From positions 3,136,001 through 3,200,000 of the forward strand of contig OZ245002.1 in NCBI GenBank assembly GCA_965223415.1: a stretch of DNA of 64,000 nt, written 5' to 3'. Of this stretch, positions 43,783-54,512 are shown piece by piece (the stretch's first letter is position 1; each line of letters begins with the position of its first letter). The translations under genes were made by a program, and so were the position numbers. The notes under the pieces are model-generated. The model did not search any database, was not told the DNA's origin, and was given only the letters and a program-made list of their open reading frames with translations. The stretch comes from Myxococcota bacterium. Its GTDB lineage: Bacteria > Myxococcota_A > UBA9160 > UBA6930.

Positions 43783-44999
43783 CCGACGTGATGAAGGGCG
43801 TGCGAATCCTGGAGGTGGCGGAGCACACCTTCGTGCCGGCGGCCTCCGCCGTGCTCTCGGACTGGGGCGCGGACGTGATCAAGGTGGAGCACGCCGTGCG
43901 CGGCGACGCCATGCGGGCGCTCGGGCGCACCGGCGTGATGGATCTCTCCAAAGGCGTCCACGTGCTGAACGAGCACTCGAACCGGGGCAAGCGCTCGATC
44001 GGCCTCGACCTCGCGAAGCCCGAGGGCCTGGAGGTGCTCCATGCCCTGGCGAAGACCGCCGACGTCTTCCTCACGAACAAGCTGCCGGGCACCCTCGCCA
44101 AGCTGCGCATCGACGTCGCCGACCTGCGCTCCCACAACCCGAAGATCATCTACGTGCGCGGCACGTCCTTCGGCGCCCGCGGTCCGGAGCGGGACCGCGG
44201 GGGCTACGACATGACCGCCTTCTGGTGCCGGGCGGGAAGCGCCGCCAGCGCCACGCCGGCCGAGCTGCCCGGCCCGATCCCCCAGCCCGGGCCCGCCTAC
44301 GGCGATTCGATGGGCGGCATGACCATCGCCGGCGGCATCGCCGCCGCGCTCTTCAAGCGCGAGAAGACCGGCGAGCCCTCGGTGGTGGACGTGTCCCTGC
44401 TCGCGGCGGGCACCTGGGCGATGTCCGCCGGCATCGCGCTCTCCCTCCAAATGGGGCGCCCCTGGGCCACGCCGATGCCCGGCGGCAGCCAGTCCGCGAA
44501 CCCGCTGGTCGGCATCTACGAGACGAAGGACGGCCGCTACGTCAGCCTGGTGATGCTCCAGGGCTTCGTCTACTGGCCGGATCTCTGCGCGCACCTGGAC
44601 CGCCCGGAGCTCGCCACGGACCCGCGCTTCGACGACGCCGAGAAGCTCGGCGCCAACGCTGGGGAAGCCGTGGCGATCCTGCGGGAGGTCTTCCGCGAGC
44701 GCACGCTGGCCGAGTGGACCGAGCGCTTCCGGACCCTGAAGGGCCAGTGGGCGCCGGTCCAGAACACCCTGGAGGTCGTCGAGGATCCCCAGGTCCGGGC
44801 CAACGGCTACCTGGTGGGCACGACCACCCGGGAGGGAACGCCCTTCGACCTGATCGCGACGCCGGTCCAGTTCGACGAGGCGCCCGCCCCGACGGCGCGG
44901 GCACCCGAGTTCAACGAGCACGGCGACGAGATCCTTCGGGAGCTCGGTCTCGACATGGATCGCATCCTCGAGCTGAAGGCCGCCGGCGCCGTGACCTAG
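43779..44999 (+). CDS. CoA-transferase family III
   Basis: DWGADVIKVE, NRGKRSIGLDL and GYD. Confidence 0.92.
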   Translation: MTDVMKGVRILEVAEHTFVPAASAVLSDWGADVIKVEHAVRGDAMRALGRTGVMDLSKGVHVLNEHSNRGKRSIGLDLAKPEGLEVLHALAKTADVFLTNKLPGTLAKLRIDVADLRSHNPKIIYVRGTSFGARGPERDRGGYDMTAFWCRAGSAASATPAELPGPIPQPGPAYGDSMGGMTIAGGIAAALFKREKTGEPSVVDVSLLAAGTWAMSAGIALSLQMGRPWATPMPGGSQSANPLVGIYETKDGRYVSLVMLQGFVYWPDLCAHLDRPELATDPRFDDAEKLGANAGEAVAILREVFRERTLAEWTERFRTLKGQWAPVQNTLEVVEDPQVRANGYLVGTTTREGTPFDLIATPVQFDEAPAPTARAPEFNEHGDEILRELGLDMDRILELKAAGAVT

Positions 45000-45003
45000 C
45001 GGT

Positions 45004-45072
45004 ACAAGGGGACGTTCCTTTTCGTCTCACCGCCTCCGACCGGCCGTGAGACAGAAAGGAACGTCCCTTTGT
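45004..45072. repeat. 27-bp-arm inverted repeat (REP-like or terminator)
   Basis: ACAAGGGGACGTTCCTTTTCGTCTCAC ... GTGAGACAGAAAGGAACGTCCCTTTGT. Confidence 0.7.
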
Positions 45073-45093
45073 CTCAACGGCTACGTTGGGTTC

Positions 45094-47067
45094 GTGCACG
45101 AGCCTGCGCTGCTCCGGGAGCTGGTGGTGCTGCTGGCATTCGCCGCGGCCGGGGCTGCCGTGTTCGAGCGGATCGGACTGCCCTCCATCGCCGGCTTCCT
45201 GGTGATGGGGGCGGTTGGGGGCCCGGGCGGTCTCGCCCTCGCCGCGGATCCCGACGACGTGCGCGCGATCGCCGAGCTTGGCGTGGTGTTCCTGCTCTTC
45301 GAGATCGGACTGGAGCTGCCCGTCGATAGGGTGCGCATCCTGCTGCGCACGGGTCTCGCCGCCGGCGCGCTGCAGGTGGGGGGCACGCTGGCGGCGGTCA
45401 GCGGCCTCGCCGTGGCGGCGGGGCTGCCGGGTCGAACCGCCCTCGTGCTGGGGGCCCTCGTCGCCATGTCCAGCACCGCGCTGGTGATCCGCATGCTCGC
45501 CGATCGAGGCGAGATCGACGCGCCCCACGGGCAGCTCAGCGTCTCGATCCTGCTGGTGCAGGATCTCTGCATCGTCCCCTTCCTGCTGGCGATCCCCATC
45601 CTCGCCGCCGACGGCCCGATCCGCGCCTGGCCGGTGGCCGGGGCCATGGCGCGGGCCGGGGTCGCCGTGGCCGCCTTCTTCCTGGCGGCCCGCTTCGTGC
45701 TGCCGCGTCTGCTGGCCGGGGCCGCGGCGATCCGCTCCCGCGAGGTTTTCACCCTGGTCGCGATCCTGGCAGTGATCGGCGCCGCCACCGCCGCCGAAGG
45801 CCTGGGGCTCACCCTGGCGGTCGGCGCCTTCCTGGCGGGGCTCGTGCTCTCGAGCTCGCCCTGGGGACCCCAGCTGATCTCCGAGGTGCTGCCGGTCCGG
45901 GGTCTCCTGCTCGGCGTGTTCTTCACCGCTATCGGCATGCTGCTCGACTTCCGGGAGGCCTGGGAGCACGCCGACACGGTGCTCCTCCTGCTCGCCGCGG
46001 CGATCGGGCTGAAGGCCGTCATCACCGCGTTCTCCGTCGGCGCGGTGCTGCGCACCGGCGCGCGCATCGGCGTGCTGGCCGGCGTGGCCCTCGCCCAGAC
46101 CGGGGAGTTCTCCTTCGTGCTCGCCCAGGTGGCCTCCGACGCGGAGCTGCTCGGGCCCGAGCTCACCCAGGCCTTCGTGGCGGCCTCGGTGATCAGCCTG
46201 ATCGCGACGCCGTTCCTGATCCGGGGCGGCGAAGGCATCGCGACCCGCTTGACCGGAGCGGCCGCTGCTCCAGCCGAGAGCGGGGCCGGCACGGAGGAGC
46301 TTCGCGGTCACGCGATCGTGGTCGGTTACGGCCTCGCCGGCCGCAATCTCGCGCGCGTCATGAAGGCGGTGGGCGTCCCCGTGGCCGGGGTCGAGGCCAA
46401 TCCGGTAGCCGCCGTCGAGGCGCGACGGGCCGGCGCCAACGTGATCTGGGGCGACGCGACTCGGGTGGGCCTGCTCGAGCAGCTCCACGTCGAGCGTGCG
46501 CGGCTGCTGGTCGTCGCCGTCAACGACCCGGTGGCCGGACGCCAGGTGGTGAGCCGCGCCCGCCAGCTCGCCCCGGAGCTCGTGGTGCTGGCGCGCACGC
46601 GCTACGTGCTGGAGGTCGACGAGCTCGAATCCGCCGGCGCCAGTCGCGTGGTGGCCGAGGAGCTCGAGGGGGCGATCGACCTGGTGGCGCAGACCCTGCA
46701 CGAGCTGGAGGTGCCGGAGGGCTCGGTGGCGCGCTTCTGCGCCGAGCTGCGCGCCGAAGGCTATGCGCTGCTCCGCGAGCCCGCCGCCCTGGCCCTCGAC
46801 CCGTGGCTCACCGAGCTGCTGGAGCAGGTCTCCACCGAGTGGATCGAGCTGCCGGAGGATTTCGCTCCGGAGCGCTCCCTCGTCGAGCTCGATCTCCGCG
46901 CGCGCACCGGCATCAACGTGCTGGCGGTCGACCGCGGAGGCACGACCACGCCCAACCCGGAAGCCGACTACCGGCTGCGTCCCGGCGATCGCCTGCTCGC
47001 CTTCGGGAGCGGCGAGGCCCTGGCCCGGGCCTGCGCTTCCCTGGGCGCGCTGCGGGACGGATCGTAG
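45094..47067 (+). CDS. CPA2 cation:proton antiporter with TrkA-N and TrkA-C domains (Kef-like)
   Basis: AELGVVFLLF.IGLE, SSTA, QD, Q.GEFSF, VVGYG..G and NP.ADY.L.PGD. Confidence 0.92.
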   Translation: MHEPALLRELVVLLAFAAAGAAVFERIGLPSIAGFLVMGAVGGPGGLALAADPDDVRAIAELGVVFLLFEIGLELPVDRVRILLRTGLAAGALQVGGTLAAVSGLAVAAGLPGRTALVLGALVAMSSTALVIRMLADRGEIDAPHGQLSVSILLVQDLCIVPFLLAIPILAADGPIRAWPVAGAMARAGVAVAAFFLAARFVLPRLLAGAAAIRSREVFTLVAILAVIGAATAAEGLGLTLAVGAFLAGLVLSSSPWGPQLISEVLPVRGLLLGVFFTAIGMLLDFREAWEHADTVLLLLAAAIGLKAVITAFSVGAVLRTGARIGVLAGVALAQTGEFSFVLAQVASDAELLGPELTQAFVAASVISLIATPFLIRGGEGIATRLTGAAAAPAESGAGTEELRGHAIVVGYGLAGRNLARVMKAVGVPVAGVEANPVAAVEARRAGANVIWGDATRVGLLEQLHVERARLLVVAVNDPVAGRQVVSRARQLAPELVVLARTRYVLEVDELESAGASRVVAEELEGAIDLVAQTLHELEVPEGSVARFCAELRAEGYALLREPAALALDPWLTELLEQVSTEWIELPEDFAPERSLVELDLRARTGINVLAVDRGGTTTPNPEADYRLRPGDRLLAFGSGEALARACASLGALRDGS

Positions 47068-47157
47068 CCGCCCAATGGCACCCCGGCGCGGAGCCGGATT
47101 GGCCCTTTCGCCGGCATCGCTCTTCCGCCAGCCTCGAGCCGCGCCCAGGAGGCGAAC

Positions 47158-47817
47158 GTGAAGCTCTACTCGGGCCCCCTCAGCCTGTTCACCGCCAAGG
47201 TTCGCATCGCCCTCGCCGAGAAAGGCCTCGCCTACGACCGCATCGAGGTGGGCTGGAGCCTCGCGGACCGCTATCTGCCCCATCACCCGGACGTGGTCGC
47301 GCTCAACCCGAAGGCGGAGGTGCCGGTGCTCGTGGACGGTGAGGAGGTCGTCTACGACTCGACCCTCATCCTCTCTTACCTGGAAGATGCCTACCCGGAG
47401 ACGCCACTCCTGCCCGCCGATCCGGCCGGCCGTGCCCGCGCGCGCCAGCTCGAGGCCTGGGCTGACGAGATCCTGTTTCCCTCGGTGTGGGACGTGATCG
47501 AGGAGGCCTTCTATCCGTCGTCGCAAGGCGGCCGGGACCCAGAGCGGCTGGAGGCGGCGCGGGCCGGAATCGCCCGGCACCACGCGAGCCTCGACAAGGA
47601 GCTCACCGGCCGGACCTGGCTGTGCGGCGAGCGCTTCACGATCGCCGACATCGGCGCCTTCGTGATGACGAGTGCGGTGGCCAGCATGGGCGTGCCGCCG
47701 ATCCCCGAACACGCGCACCTGACCACGTGGCTCGCCCGCTGCGGAGAGCGGCCTCCCATCCGCGACGAGATGGCGGGCATGATCGCCGCCAGCCAGGCGG
47801 CCGTGGCCGGGGGCTAG
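47158..47817 (+). CDS. Glutathione S-transferase family protein
   Basis: KVRIALAEKGL, LNP.AEVPVL, DS..I..YL and FTIADI. Confidence 0.92.
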   Translation: MKLYSGPLSLFTAKVRIALAEKGLAYDRIEVGWSLADRYLPHHPDVVALNPKAEVPVLVDGEEVVYDSTLILSYLEDAYPETPLLPADPAGRARARQLEAWADEILFPSVWDVIEEAFYPSSQGGRDPERLEAARAGIARHHASLDKELTGRTWLCGERFTIADIGAFVMTSAVASMGVPPIPEHAHLTTWLARCGERPPIRDEMAGMIAASQAAVAGG

Positions 47818-49082
47818 GGCCCCTCGACCCGCACCGTTTCGACGATCTCGCGCGTGAGGAGGCCGGGAACCCGATCCGGTCGTTCTCCCGGCCCGAGCTC
47901 CGGGCGGGCCAGCCTGGCGTAGGCCTCGGCAACCCGCGCGAGACCCTCGGCCACGACGCGGTGCCCCCGGGCGTTGAAGTGGGGGTCGTTGCGGAACCGG
48001 AGCATCCAGGGCTCCACGCCGGGCGGCGCGCCGATCTCGCGGACGTCGACGCCCTGGGCCATCAGCGCCCGGTAGTCGAGGCGAGCGTAGGACTGGCGTC
48101 GCATCATGACGAAGAAGCTCGCGCCGTCGCGTTCCACCTCCCGGGCGAGACGCGAGAGCAGGGCCGAGGTCAGCGCCGCGCCGTCGGCCAGGCCCGGCGG
48201 GTCCCCGTCTCCCACGCCGGCCGCGACGAGGCGCCCGCCTGCGGGCCTCGACGCCTGCTGTGCCGACGGATAGGCGAGGTCGCGAAGGAAGGTCACCACG
48301 CCGGGCAAGCGCCCCACGGCCTGGGCCGTGAAGGTGAAGAGCGCCGACCGGTCGGCCGCGCGGGTCTGCAGGAAGCACGCGAAGCGATGCCCGGCCCCGT
48401 CGAAGCGGTGCGGCTCGTAGTGCTCGTCGAGCATCCAGGCGGTGCACAGGGGGTAGCGCGGCACGGGGACGCCCACCGGCACGAGCTGGCCGTTCTCCCG
48501 CAGGGCGAAGCCCGCCTTGCCGAAGGGACGGCGCATGCGGTGGAGGGTGACGTTGTCGTTCGGATCGTTGCCGTTGAACACGAGGAGGACGAGATCGGGC
48601 TGGAGCTCTCGTCCCAGTCGGCGGTAGGTCAGCAGCTGCTGGTCCGTGCCGTAGCCGCGGACGCCCGCGTTGATCACGCGCACGGGCACGTCCAGTCGCC
48701 GCGCCAGCCGGGCCTCCATCAACGCCGTGAACGCCTCCTCGTAGGGGACCTCGAAGCCCACGGTCGACGAATCTCCCAGCGCGAGCACCCGGTACTCGGC
48801 CGGGGCCTTGGGTGCGACCTCCGGGCCGCGCAGGCCCAGGCGGTTGATCTCGATCCGCGTCTCGAACTCCACCGGGAACGGCCGCGGTCCCACGTAGCTG
48901 CCCCGAGCGCCGGGCTCGTGGACCCAGCCGAGCTCCTCGTCGTGGATCCAGAAGAGCGACGGCTTCGAGTAGGTGTCGTAGATGGCCGTGAAGCCGGCCA
49001 GGCGAAGACCGGCCTCCGCCAAGCCGCAGGAAAACAGCAACGCGCCGAGAGCGAGGGCGACCGTACCCAGCCGGTTTCGCAT
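47814..49082 (-). CDS. SGNH/GDSL hydrolase family membrane-anchored protein
   Basis: LGDS, NAGVRGYG, GND and DPHFN..GH. Confidence 0.88.
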   Translation of the reverse strand: MRNRLGTVALALGALLFSCGLAEAGLRLAGFTAIYDTYSKPSLFWIHDEELGWVHEPGARGSYVGPRPFPVEFETRIEINRLGLRGPEVAPKAPAEYRVLALGDSSTVGFEVPYEEAFTALMEARLARRLDVPVRVINAGVRGYGTDQQLLTYRRLGRELQPDLVLLVFNGNDPNDNVTLHRMRRPFGKAGFALRENGQLVPVGVPVPRYPLCTAWMLDEHYEPHRFDGAGHRFACFLQTRAADRSALFTFTAQAVGRLPGVVTFLRDLAYPSAQQASRPAGGRLVAAGVGDGDPPGLADGAALTSALLSRLAREVERDGASFFVMMRRQSYARLDYRALMAQGVDVREIGAPPGVEPWMLRFRNDPHFNARGHRVVAEGLARVAEAYARLARPELGPGERPDRVPGLLTREIVETVRVEGP

Positions 49083-49119
49083 GGGGCGAAGTGTAGGAGA
49101 GGGCTCGCCCGCCCTCTCC

Positions 49120-50310
49120 TCAGGGGAGCTCCGGGTCCTCTTCCATCTCGAGGTGCAGGCGGTCGCCCTCGTAGGGATGGCGCGCCGCGATCTCGAGGTC
49201 GAGCTCGACGCCGAGGCCGGGCTCCGCTGGCGGCAGCACGTAGCCTTCTTCGAAGCGAATCGGCTTGCGGAGCAGCTCCGCGTGGAAGCCGTCCCAGCGA
49301 CGGATGCCCTCGAGGAGGAGGAAGTTCGGCGTGCAGGCCGCGAGCTGGAGGTTGGCTGCGCCGACCACGGGACCGCAGTAGAGATGCGGTGCGATCTGGG
49401 CGTAGTGGACCTCGGCCAGAGCGGCGATCTTCTTGGCCTCGAGCAGGCCGCCGACCCGGCCGGTGTTCATCTGCAGGATCGAGGCGGCGCCGCTCTCGAG
49501 CACGCGGGCGAACTCGTGCCTGCCCGTCAGGCGCTCGCCGGTGGCCACGGGGATCGTCGTGCCCCGGGCCACCTGGGCCATGGCCTCGGGGCGCTCCGGC
49601 GGCACCGGCTCCTCGAGCCACAAGGGGTCGTAGGGCTCGAGGCGTCGGGCCAGTCGTAGGGCGGCGGAGGGGGTCATCTGGCCGTGGGTCCCGATCAGGA
49701 GGTCGCAGCGCGGGCCCACTGCCTCGCGACAGGCCCGGACCATCTCCTCCGCCTGCTCCATGGCGAGGAGCGCCGGCTGGCGCGGATCGAAGGCCCCGTA
49801 CGCGCCCAGCGGGTCGAGCTTCAGCGCCGTGAACCCCTGCTCCGCGTAGGCGCTGGCGCGCTCGGCGGCCAGTGACGGATCCCGGTAGACGTCCGCCGTG
49901 TCGCCGGGCTCGGGATAGAGGTAGGAGTAGGCGCGCAGACGCTCGCGAACGAGACCGCCGAGGAGCGCGTGAACCGGGCGGTCGACCTCCTTGCCGACGA
50001 TGTCCCAGCAGGCCATCTCGATGCCGCTCAGCACCCCCAGGAGGCACGGGTCCGGCCGTTGGCTGTAGCCGCTCGAGTAGATCGTCCGCCACAGCTGCTC
50101 GATGCGGAACGGGTCCCGGCCCACGACGCGGCGGGCGCACACGTCCTCGATCATCCGCGTGACCACGTCCGGGCCGAAGGGCAGGGAGTAGACCTCGCCG
50201 ACGCCCTCGACGCCGCCGTCGGTGACGAGCCGCAGGAAGACGAAGTAGCGCCCCCCGAAGCCCGGCGGGGGATTGCCCACCACGTGGGTGTGGACCTCGG
50301 CGATCTTCAT
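49120..50310 (-). CDS. Mandelate racemase/enolase-superfamily acid-sugar dehydratase
   Basis: E.ACWDI.GK, KLD, WLEEP, ATGER and APH. Confidence 0.9.
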   Translation of the reverse strand: MKIAEVHTHVVGNPPPGFGGRYFVFLRLVTDGGVEGVGEVYSLPFGPDVVTRMIEDVCARRVVGRDPFRIEQLWRTIYSSGYSQRPDPCLLGVLSGIEMACWDIVGKEVDRPVHALLGGLVRERLRAYSYLYPEPGDTADVYRDPSLAAERASAYAEQGFTALKLDPLGAYGAFDPRQPALLAMEQAEEMVRACREAVGPRCDLLIGTHGQMTPSAALRLARRLEPYDPLWLEEPVPPERPEAMAQVARGTTIPVATGERLTGRHEFARVLESGAASILQMNTGRVGGLLEAKKIAALAEVHYAQIAPHLYCGPVVGAANLQLAACTPNFLLLEGIRRWDGFHAELLRKPIRFEEGYVLPPAEPGLGVELDLEIAARHPYEGDRLHLEMEEDPELP

Positions 50311-50361
50311 GGGGGCAGCGTACCGCGCGTGGGTGGCGGGGCGATTCGCTACGGTGCCCCC

Positions 50362-52251
50362 GTGCCGGAGCCGCCCGTCCCCGCTACCTCCGCTGCGCCC
50401 CGCGTCCTGTGGGTGCTGCGCGGCCTGCTGCTGATCTTCGTGCTCCATCTCGTGTTCGGCGACGACCCGTTCCGGGAGGGCATCGCCGAACGCGAGGCCA
50501 AGGGGCAGCGCCTGCGTCCCCAGGACTACGCGGCCACCTACACCTGGTGGATGGCGCTGGTGAATGCGCTGGCGGTGACCGCGGCGTTGGCGACCTGGCG
50601 CCGCTGGTGGGGCCCGGCGGCGTCCCCCGAGAACCCGCGCTTCGCCGCGCCGGAGCCCCGTCCGTCGCGCTGGCTGGTGGCCGGTGTCGCCCTCGCCATG
50701 CTCGGGCTGGCCGTGACCGCCGCGCCGCGTCTGTCCCACTCCCTGTGGGAGGACGAGAAGTACATGGTGGTGCGTTCGATCGCCGGCCAGTACTCGGTCC
50801 AGGAAGACGGAAGCCTCGAGTTCGGCGACGTCCCCTGGCGCGACACCTTCTTCTACTACCGCAAGCCCAACAACCACGTTCCCTACTCCGTGGCGGCGCG
50901 GCTCTTCCACGGGGCGTGGGCCGCGGTCGCCGGCCCCGCCCACGAGCTGGTCGACGAGCGGGTCGTCCGCGCCCCCGCGCTGCTGGCGGGCCTGGCTGGC
51001 CTCGGGAGCCTCGCCTGGCTGCTCTGGCGGCTCGGGTTGCCCCTGGCGGGCCTCGCGGGAGCCTGGCTCCTCGCCGTCCATCCCTGGTACCTGCGCTACG
51101 CCAGCGAGGTGAGAGGCTACGCGTTCCTGCTCGCGCTCCTCCCGGCCTTGGTGATCACCGGCCTGCGCGCCCTCGAGCGGGGAAGCTGGGGGCGTTGGGC
51201 GACCTTCGCCCTCGTGGAGGGGCTCGTGCTCTGGACGTATCCGGGCGCGCTCTTCGTCCTGGTCGTCGCGAACCTCTTCTTGGCCATCGAGGTGCTGCGA
51301 CTTCGCGGTGCGGACCGCAGCGTCCAGCTGACCCGCTTCCTCGTCGCGAACACCGCCGCAGGCCTCGCCTGGCTGCAGATGAACCTGCCGAACATGATGC
51401 AGTTCCTGCCCTACACCGACAGCTGGAAGGGCGAGGTCTCCGTGAAGCTGCTGCGACAGGTCGGGAGCTACCTGGTGATGGGCATGCCCTGGCACTGGCG
51501 GCGCGAGGGCTTCGTCTCCCTGGAGACCCAGCTCGAGGCCGCGCCGCTCCTGCTGGTCCTGGTGCTCGTGGGGGCTTTCGTCGCGCTCCTGCTCGGCGCC
51601 GGACGACTCGCCCGCAGCGGGAGCGCCGGGCTCGCCACCCTCGCCATCCTGTTGATCCCCGCTCCCCTCACCGTGCTGCTGGCGGCGGTGCGCGGCGACC
51701 ACCTCTACCCCTGGTACCTGATCCATGCGCTCCCGGGCGTGACCCTGCTCATCGCGGCGGGCATCACCCTGCCCGCTGCCTGGGGCCGGAAGGGCCGATG
51801 GGCGGCGGCCGGGCTGGCCGCCGTGGCGCTCTGCGCATACTTCGCCGCGACCCAGCCCATGCGGAGCATCGTGCGGGAGCGGGCGCTCCAGCCCACCCGG
51901 GACATGGTGAGGACCGTGCGCCCCAACCCCGACGTCCTCGCCGTGGAGCACGGGGAGATCCTGACGGGCGCGGTCTACGGTCCGCCCCGCTACTACGACC
52001 CCCGCTCCGTCGACCTGCCGACGGCCGAGGCCGTCGCCGAGCTGATGCAGGAGGCGGATCGAAGGGGCCTTCCGCTCTACGTCACCTACAACCGCCCCGG
52101 CCTGGCGGCGAAGCGGCGCCCCGAGGCCCGGGCGATGCTCGACCGCGAGGACCTTTTCAAACGCATCGCCGTGTTGGAGGGCGTGGAGCCGAAGTCCCAG
52201 CACGTGGTCTTCCGCTACCGGCCCGGCGCCTTCCGGCCCGGCGCCGAGTAG
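50362..52251 (+). CDS. GT-C fold (PMT/ArnT-like) integral membrane glycosyltransferase
   Basis: SLW.DE, NNH..YS, R.PA.LAG, YASEVRGY and many TM helices. Confidence 0.75.
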   Translation: MPEPPVPATSAAPRVLWVLRGLLLIFVLHLVFGDDPFREGIAEREAKGQRLRPQDYAATYTWWMALVNALAVTAALATWRRWWGPAASPENPRFAAPEPRPSRWLVAGVALAMLGLAVTAAPRLSHSLWEDEKYMVVRSIAGQYSVQEDGSLEFGDVPWRDTFFYYRKPNNHVPYSVAARLFHGAWAAVAGPAHELVDERVVRAPALLAGLAGLGSLAWLLWRLGLPLAGLAGAWLLAVHPWYLRYASEVRGYAFLLALLPALVITGLRALERGSWGRWATFALVEGLVLWTYPGALFVLVVANLFLAIEVLRLRGADRSVQLTRFLVANTAAGLAWLQMNLPNMMQFLPYTDSWKGEVSVKLLRQVGSYLVMGMPWHWRREGFVSLETQLEAAPLLLVLVLVGAFVALLLGAGRLARSGSAGLATLAILLIPAPLTVLLAAVRGDHLYPWYLIHALPGVTLLIAAGITLPAAWGRKGRWAAAGLAAVALCAYFAATQPMRSIVRERALQPTRDMVRTVRPNPDVLAVEHGEILTGAVYGPPRYYDPRSVDLPTAEAVAELMQEADRRGLPLYVTYNRPGLAAKRRPEARAMLDREDLFKRIAVLEGVEPKSQHVVFRYRPGAFRPGAE

Positions 52252-52289
52252 CCCCCCCGGGCTACCCTCGCCGGCCCAAGGAGGACCCG

Positions 52290-53255
52290 ATGGATCGCTT
52301 CGAGGATCGGATCGCCGTGATCACCGGCGGCGGCACCGGCATGGGCCGCGAGCTCGCCCGACAGCTGGCCGCCGAGGGCTGTCACGTCGCGATGTGCGAC
52401 GTCTCCGAGGAGACGATGGCCCAGACGAAAGCGCTGTGTGAGGCGGAGGCGCCCCGGGGCGTGCGCGTGACGACCCACCTGGCCGACGTCTCGATCGAGA
52501 AGCAGGTGTCGGCCTTCCGCGACGCGGTGGTCGCCGAGCACGAGACCGACTGCGTGCACCTCGTCTTCAACAACGCCGGCATCGGTGGCGCGGGAAGCAT
52601 GGTCCTCGACGACCGCGAAGAGTGGGACAAGACCTTCGCGGTGTGCTGGAACGGCGTCTACTACGGAACGCGCGCTTTCCTCCCGCTTCTCCTGGCCGCC
52701 GACGAGGGGCACCTGATCAACACCAGCAGCGTGAACGGCTTCTGGGCGTCCCTCGGGCCGATGACCGCCCACACCTCCTACAGCGCGGCGAAGTTCGCGG
52801 TGAAGGGGTTCACCGAGGCGTTGGTGAACGACTTTCGTCTGAACGCGCCCCATCTGAAGGCCTCGCTGGTGATGCCCGGGCACATCGGCACCTCGATCGT
52901 GATCAACTCGGGCAAGATCTTGGGGCGGGATCCCAAGGAGATGAGCGACGACGAGATCGAGCAGGCGCGGGAGCGCATGGCGCGCCTGGGCTTCGACCCG
53001 GGCGGCGCCACGAACGACGAGATCCGTCAGGCCCTCCAGCAGCGTGCGGAGGACTTCCGGGACAACGCACCGCTCACTGCGGCCCAGGCGGCGGGCATCA
53101 TCCTGGACGGCGTACGCAAGGAGCGTTGGCGCATCCTGGTCGGCGAGGACGCGGAGGCCCTCGACCGGCTCGTGCGCGAGAACCCGGAGGAGGCCTACGA
53201 GCCCTCCTTCATGGAGAAGCTCCTGGCGGCCACGAACTGGCAGCTCGGCCAGTGA
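52290..53255 (+). CDS. SDR-family oxidoreductase
   Basis: TGGGTGMG, NNAG and YSAAK. Confidence 0.92.
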   Translation: MDRFEDRIAVITGGGTGMGRELARQLAAEGCHVAMCDVSEETMAQTKALCEAEAPRGVRVTTHLADVSIEKQVSAFRDAVVAEHETDCVHLVFNNAGIGGAGSMVLDDREEWDKTFAVCWNGVYYGTRAFLPLLLAADEGHLINTSSVNGFWASLGPMTAHTSYSAAKFAVKGFTEALVNDFRLNAPHLKASLVMPGHIGTSIVINSGKILGRDPKEMSDDEIEQARERMARLGFDPGGATNDEIRQALQQRAEDFRDNAPLTAAQAAGIILDGVRKERWRILVGEDAEALDRLVRENPEEAYEPSFMEKLLAATNWQLGQ

Positions 53256-54511
53256 GCGACCGGCCCGCCGGGATTCGCATCGAGGATCTCGCCGACCCGG
53301 TCCTCACCCCCCTCCAGCAGGCCGCCCGGGACGCCGCGGAGAAGATCCCGGTCGAGTTCACCCGCGAGGCGGTGCTCCGGGAGGCGATGGAGAAGACCGG
53401 CCTCTCGGACTTCGGTCTCCGGGACTTCGAGGAGCGCCTCGACGTCTGGTGCCGGAGCTTCGCCGAGGACGACACCCTGAGCGGCGTGGGCCGGGTCGGG
53501 TGCTATCGGGACGCGGTGCGCTACGCGGTCGCGCGGCTGCGCATGGAGGACTACGTCAAGCGGCATCCGGACGTGCTGGACGTGCCGATCCTGCGCCCCA
53601 TCATCGTCGTCGGCCTGCCGCGCTCGGGGACGACCCACCTGCTGAATCTGATGGCCGCCGATCGGCGACTGCGCTCCATGCCCTACTGGGAGAGTCTGGA
53701 GCCGGTGCCGGTCCCCGGTGAAGAGCCCGGGGAGGGCGGTGTGGATCCGCGGCGGGCCCGGTGCATCAAGGCCCACGAGCTGCAGCTGCAGCTGATGCCG
53801 CTCCTCAAGAACATGCATGACATGGCGCCGGACCACGTGCACGAGGAGATCGAGCTCCAGGGCCCGGACTTCTCCACCTACACGATCGAGTGGATCGCCC
53901 ACGTGCCGCGCTGGCGGGACTACTACTTCGCCCACGACCAGCGCCCCCACTACGCCTACCTGCGCCGGGCGCTCCAGATCCTGCAGCACCAGCGCGGGCC
54001 GGACCGCTGGGTGCTGAAGTCTCCCCAGCACCTGGAGCAGCTCGGTCCCCTGATCGAGACCTTCCCGGACGCGACCGTCGCCTTCACCCACCGCGATCCC
54101 GTGTCGGTCATCGCCTCCGCCATCACCATGAACTGCTACGGCGAGAGGCTGCGCTGCCGGAAGCCGAACCCGCCGGCGATGGCGGCCTACTGGATCGACC
54201 GCATCGAGCACCTGCTACGGCGCTGCGTCGCGGATCGGGAGCGGGTGCCCGCCGCCCAGAGCCTCGACGTGCTCTTCCACGAGTTCATGCAGGACGACCT
54301 GGCAACGGTCGACCGCATCTGCGCCCTGGCGGGGCTCGCCCGGACGGCCGAATCGAAGGCGCAGCTCGGGCGGTACATGGACGAGAACCCCCGCGGCAAG
54401 CACGGGCGCATCCTGTACGACCTGCAGGCCGACTTCGGCGTCGATCCGGAGGCCCTGCGGGAGCGCTTCCGCTTCTACTACGAGCGCTTCCCCGTGCGCG
54501 TCGAGGTCTGA
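53252..54511 (+). CDS. Sulfotransferase family protein
   Basis: GLPRSGTT (5'-PSB), LKSP.H and HRDP...S (3'-PB). Confidence 0.9.
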   Translation: MSDRPAGIRIEDLADPVLTPLQQAARDAAEKIPVEFTREAVLREAMEKTGLSDFGLRDFEERLDVWCRSFAEDDTLSGVGRVGCYRDAVRYAVARLRMEDYVKRHPDVLDVPILRPIIVVGLPRSGTTHLLNLMAADRRLRSMPYWESLEPVPVPGEEPGEGGVDPRRARCIKAHELQLQLMPLLKNMHDMAPDHVHEEIELQGPDFSTYTIEWIAHVPRWRDYYFAHDQRPHYAYLRRALQILQHQRGPDRWVLKSPQHLEQLGPLIETFPDATVAFTHRDPVSVIASAITMNCYGERLRCRKPNPPAMAAYWIDRIEHLLRRCVADRERVPAAQSLDVLFHEFMQDDLATVDRICALAGLARTAESKAQLGRYMDENPRGKHGRILYDLQADFGVDPEALRERFRFYYERFPVRVEV

Positions 54512-54512
54512 G

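Noticed and set aside
45484..45512. GTGATCCG here and at 57673-57680 (minus strand)
   Set aside because: Inside coding sequence with no CGAC box at 15-16 nt, so not counted as promoter copies
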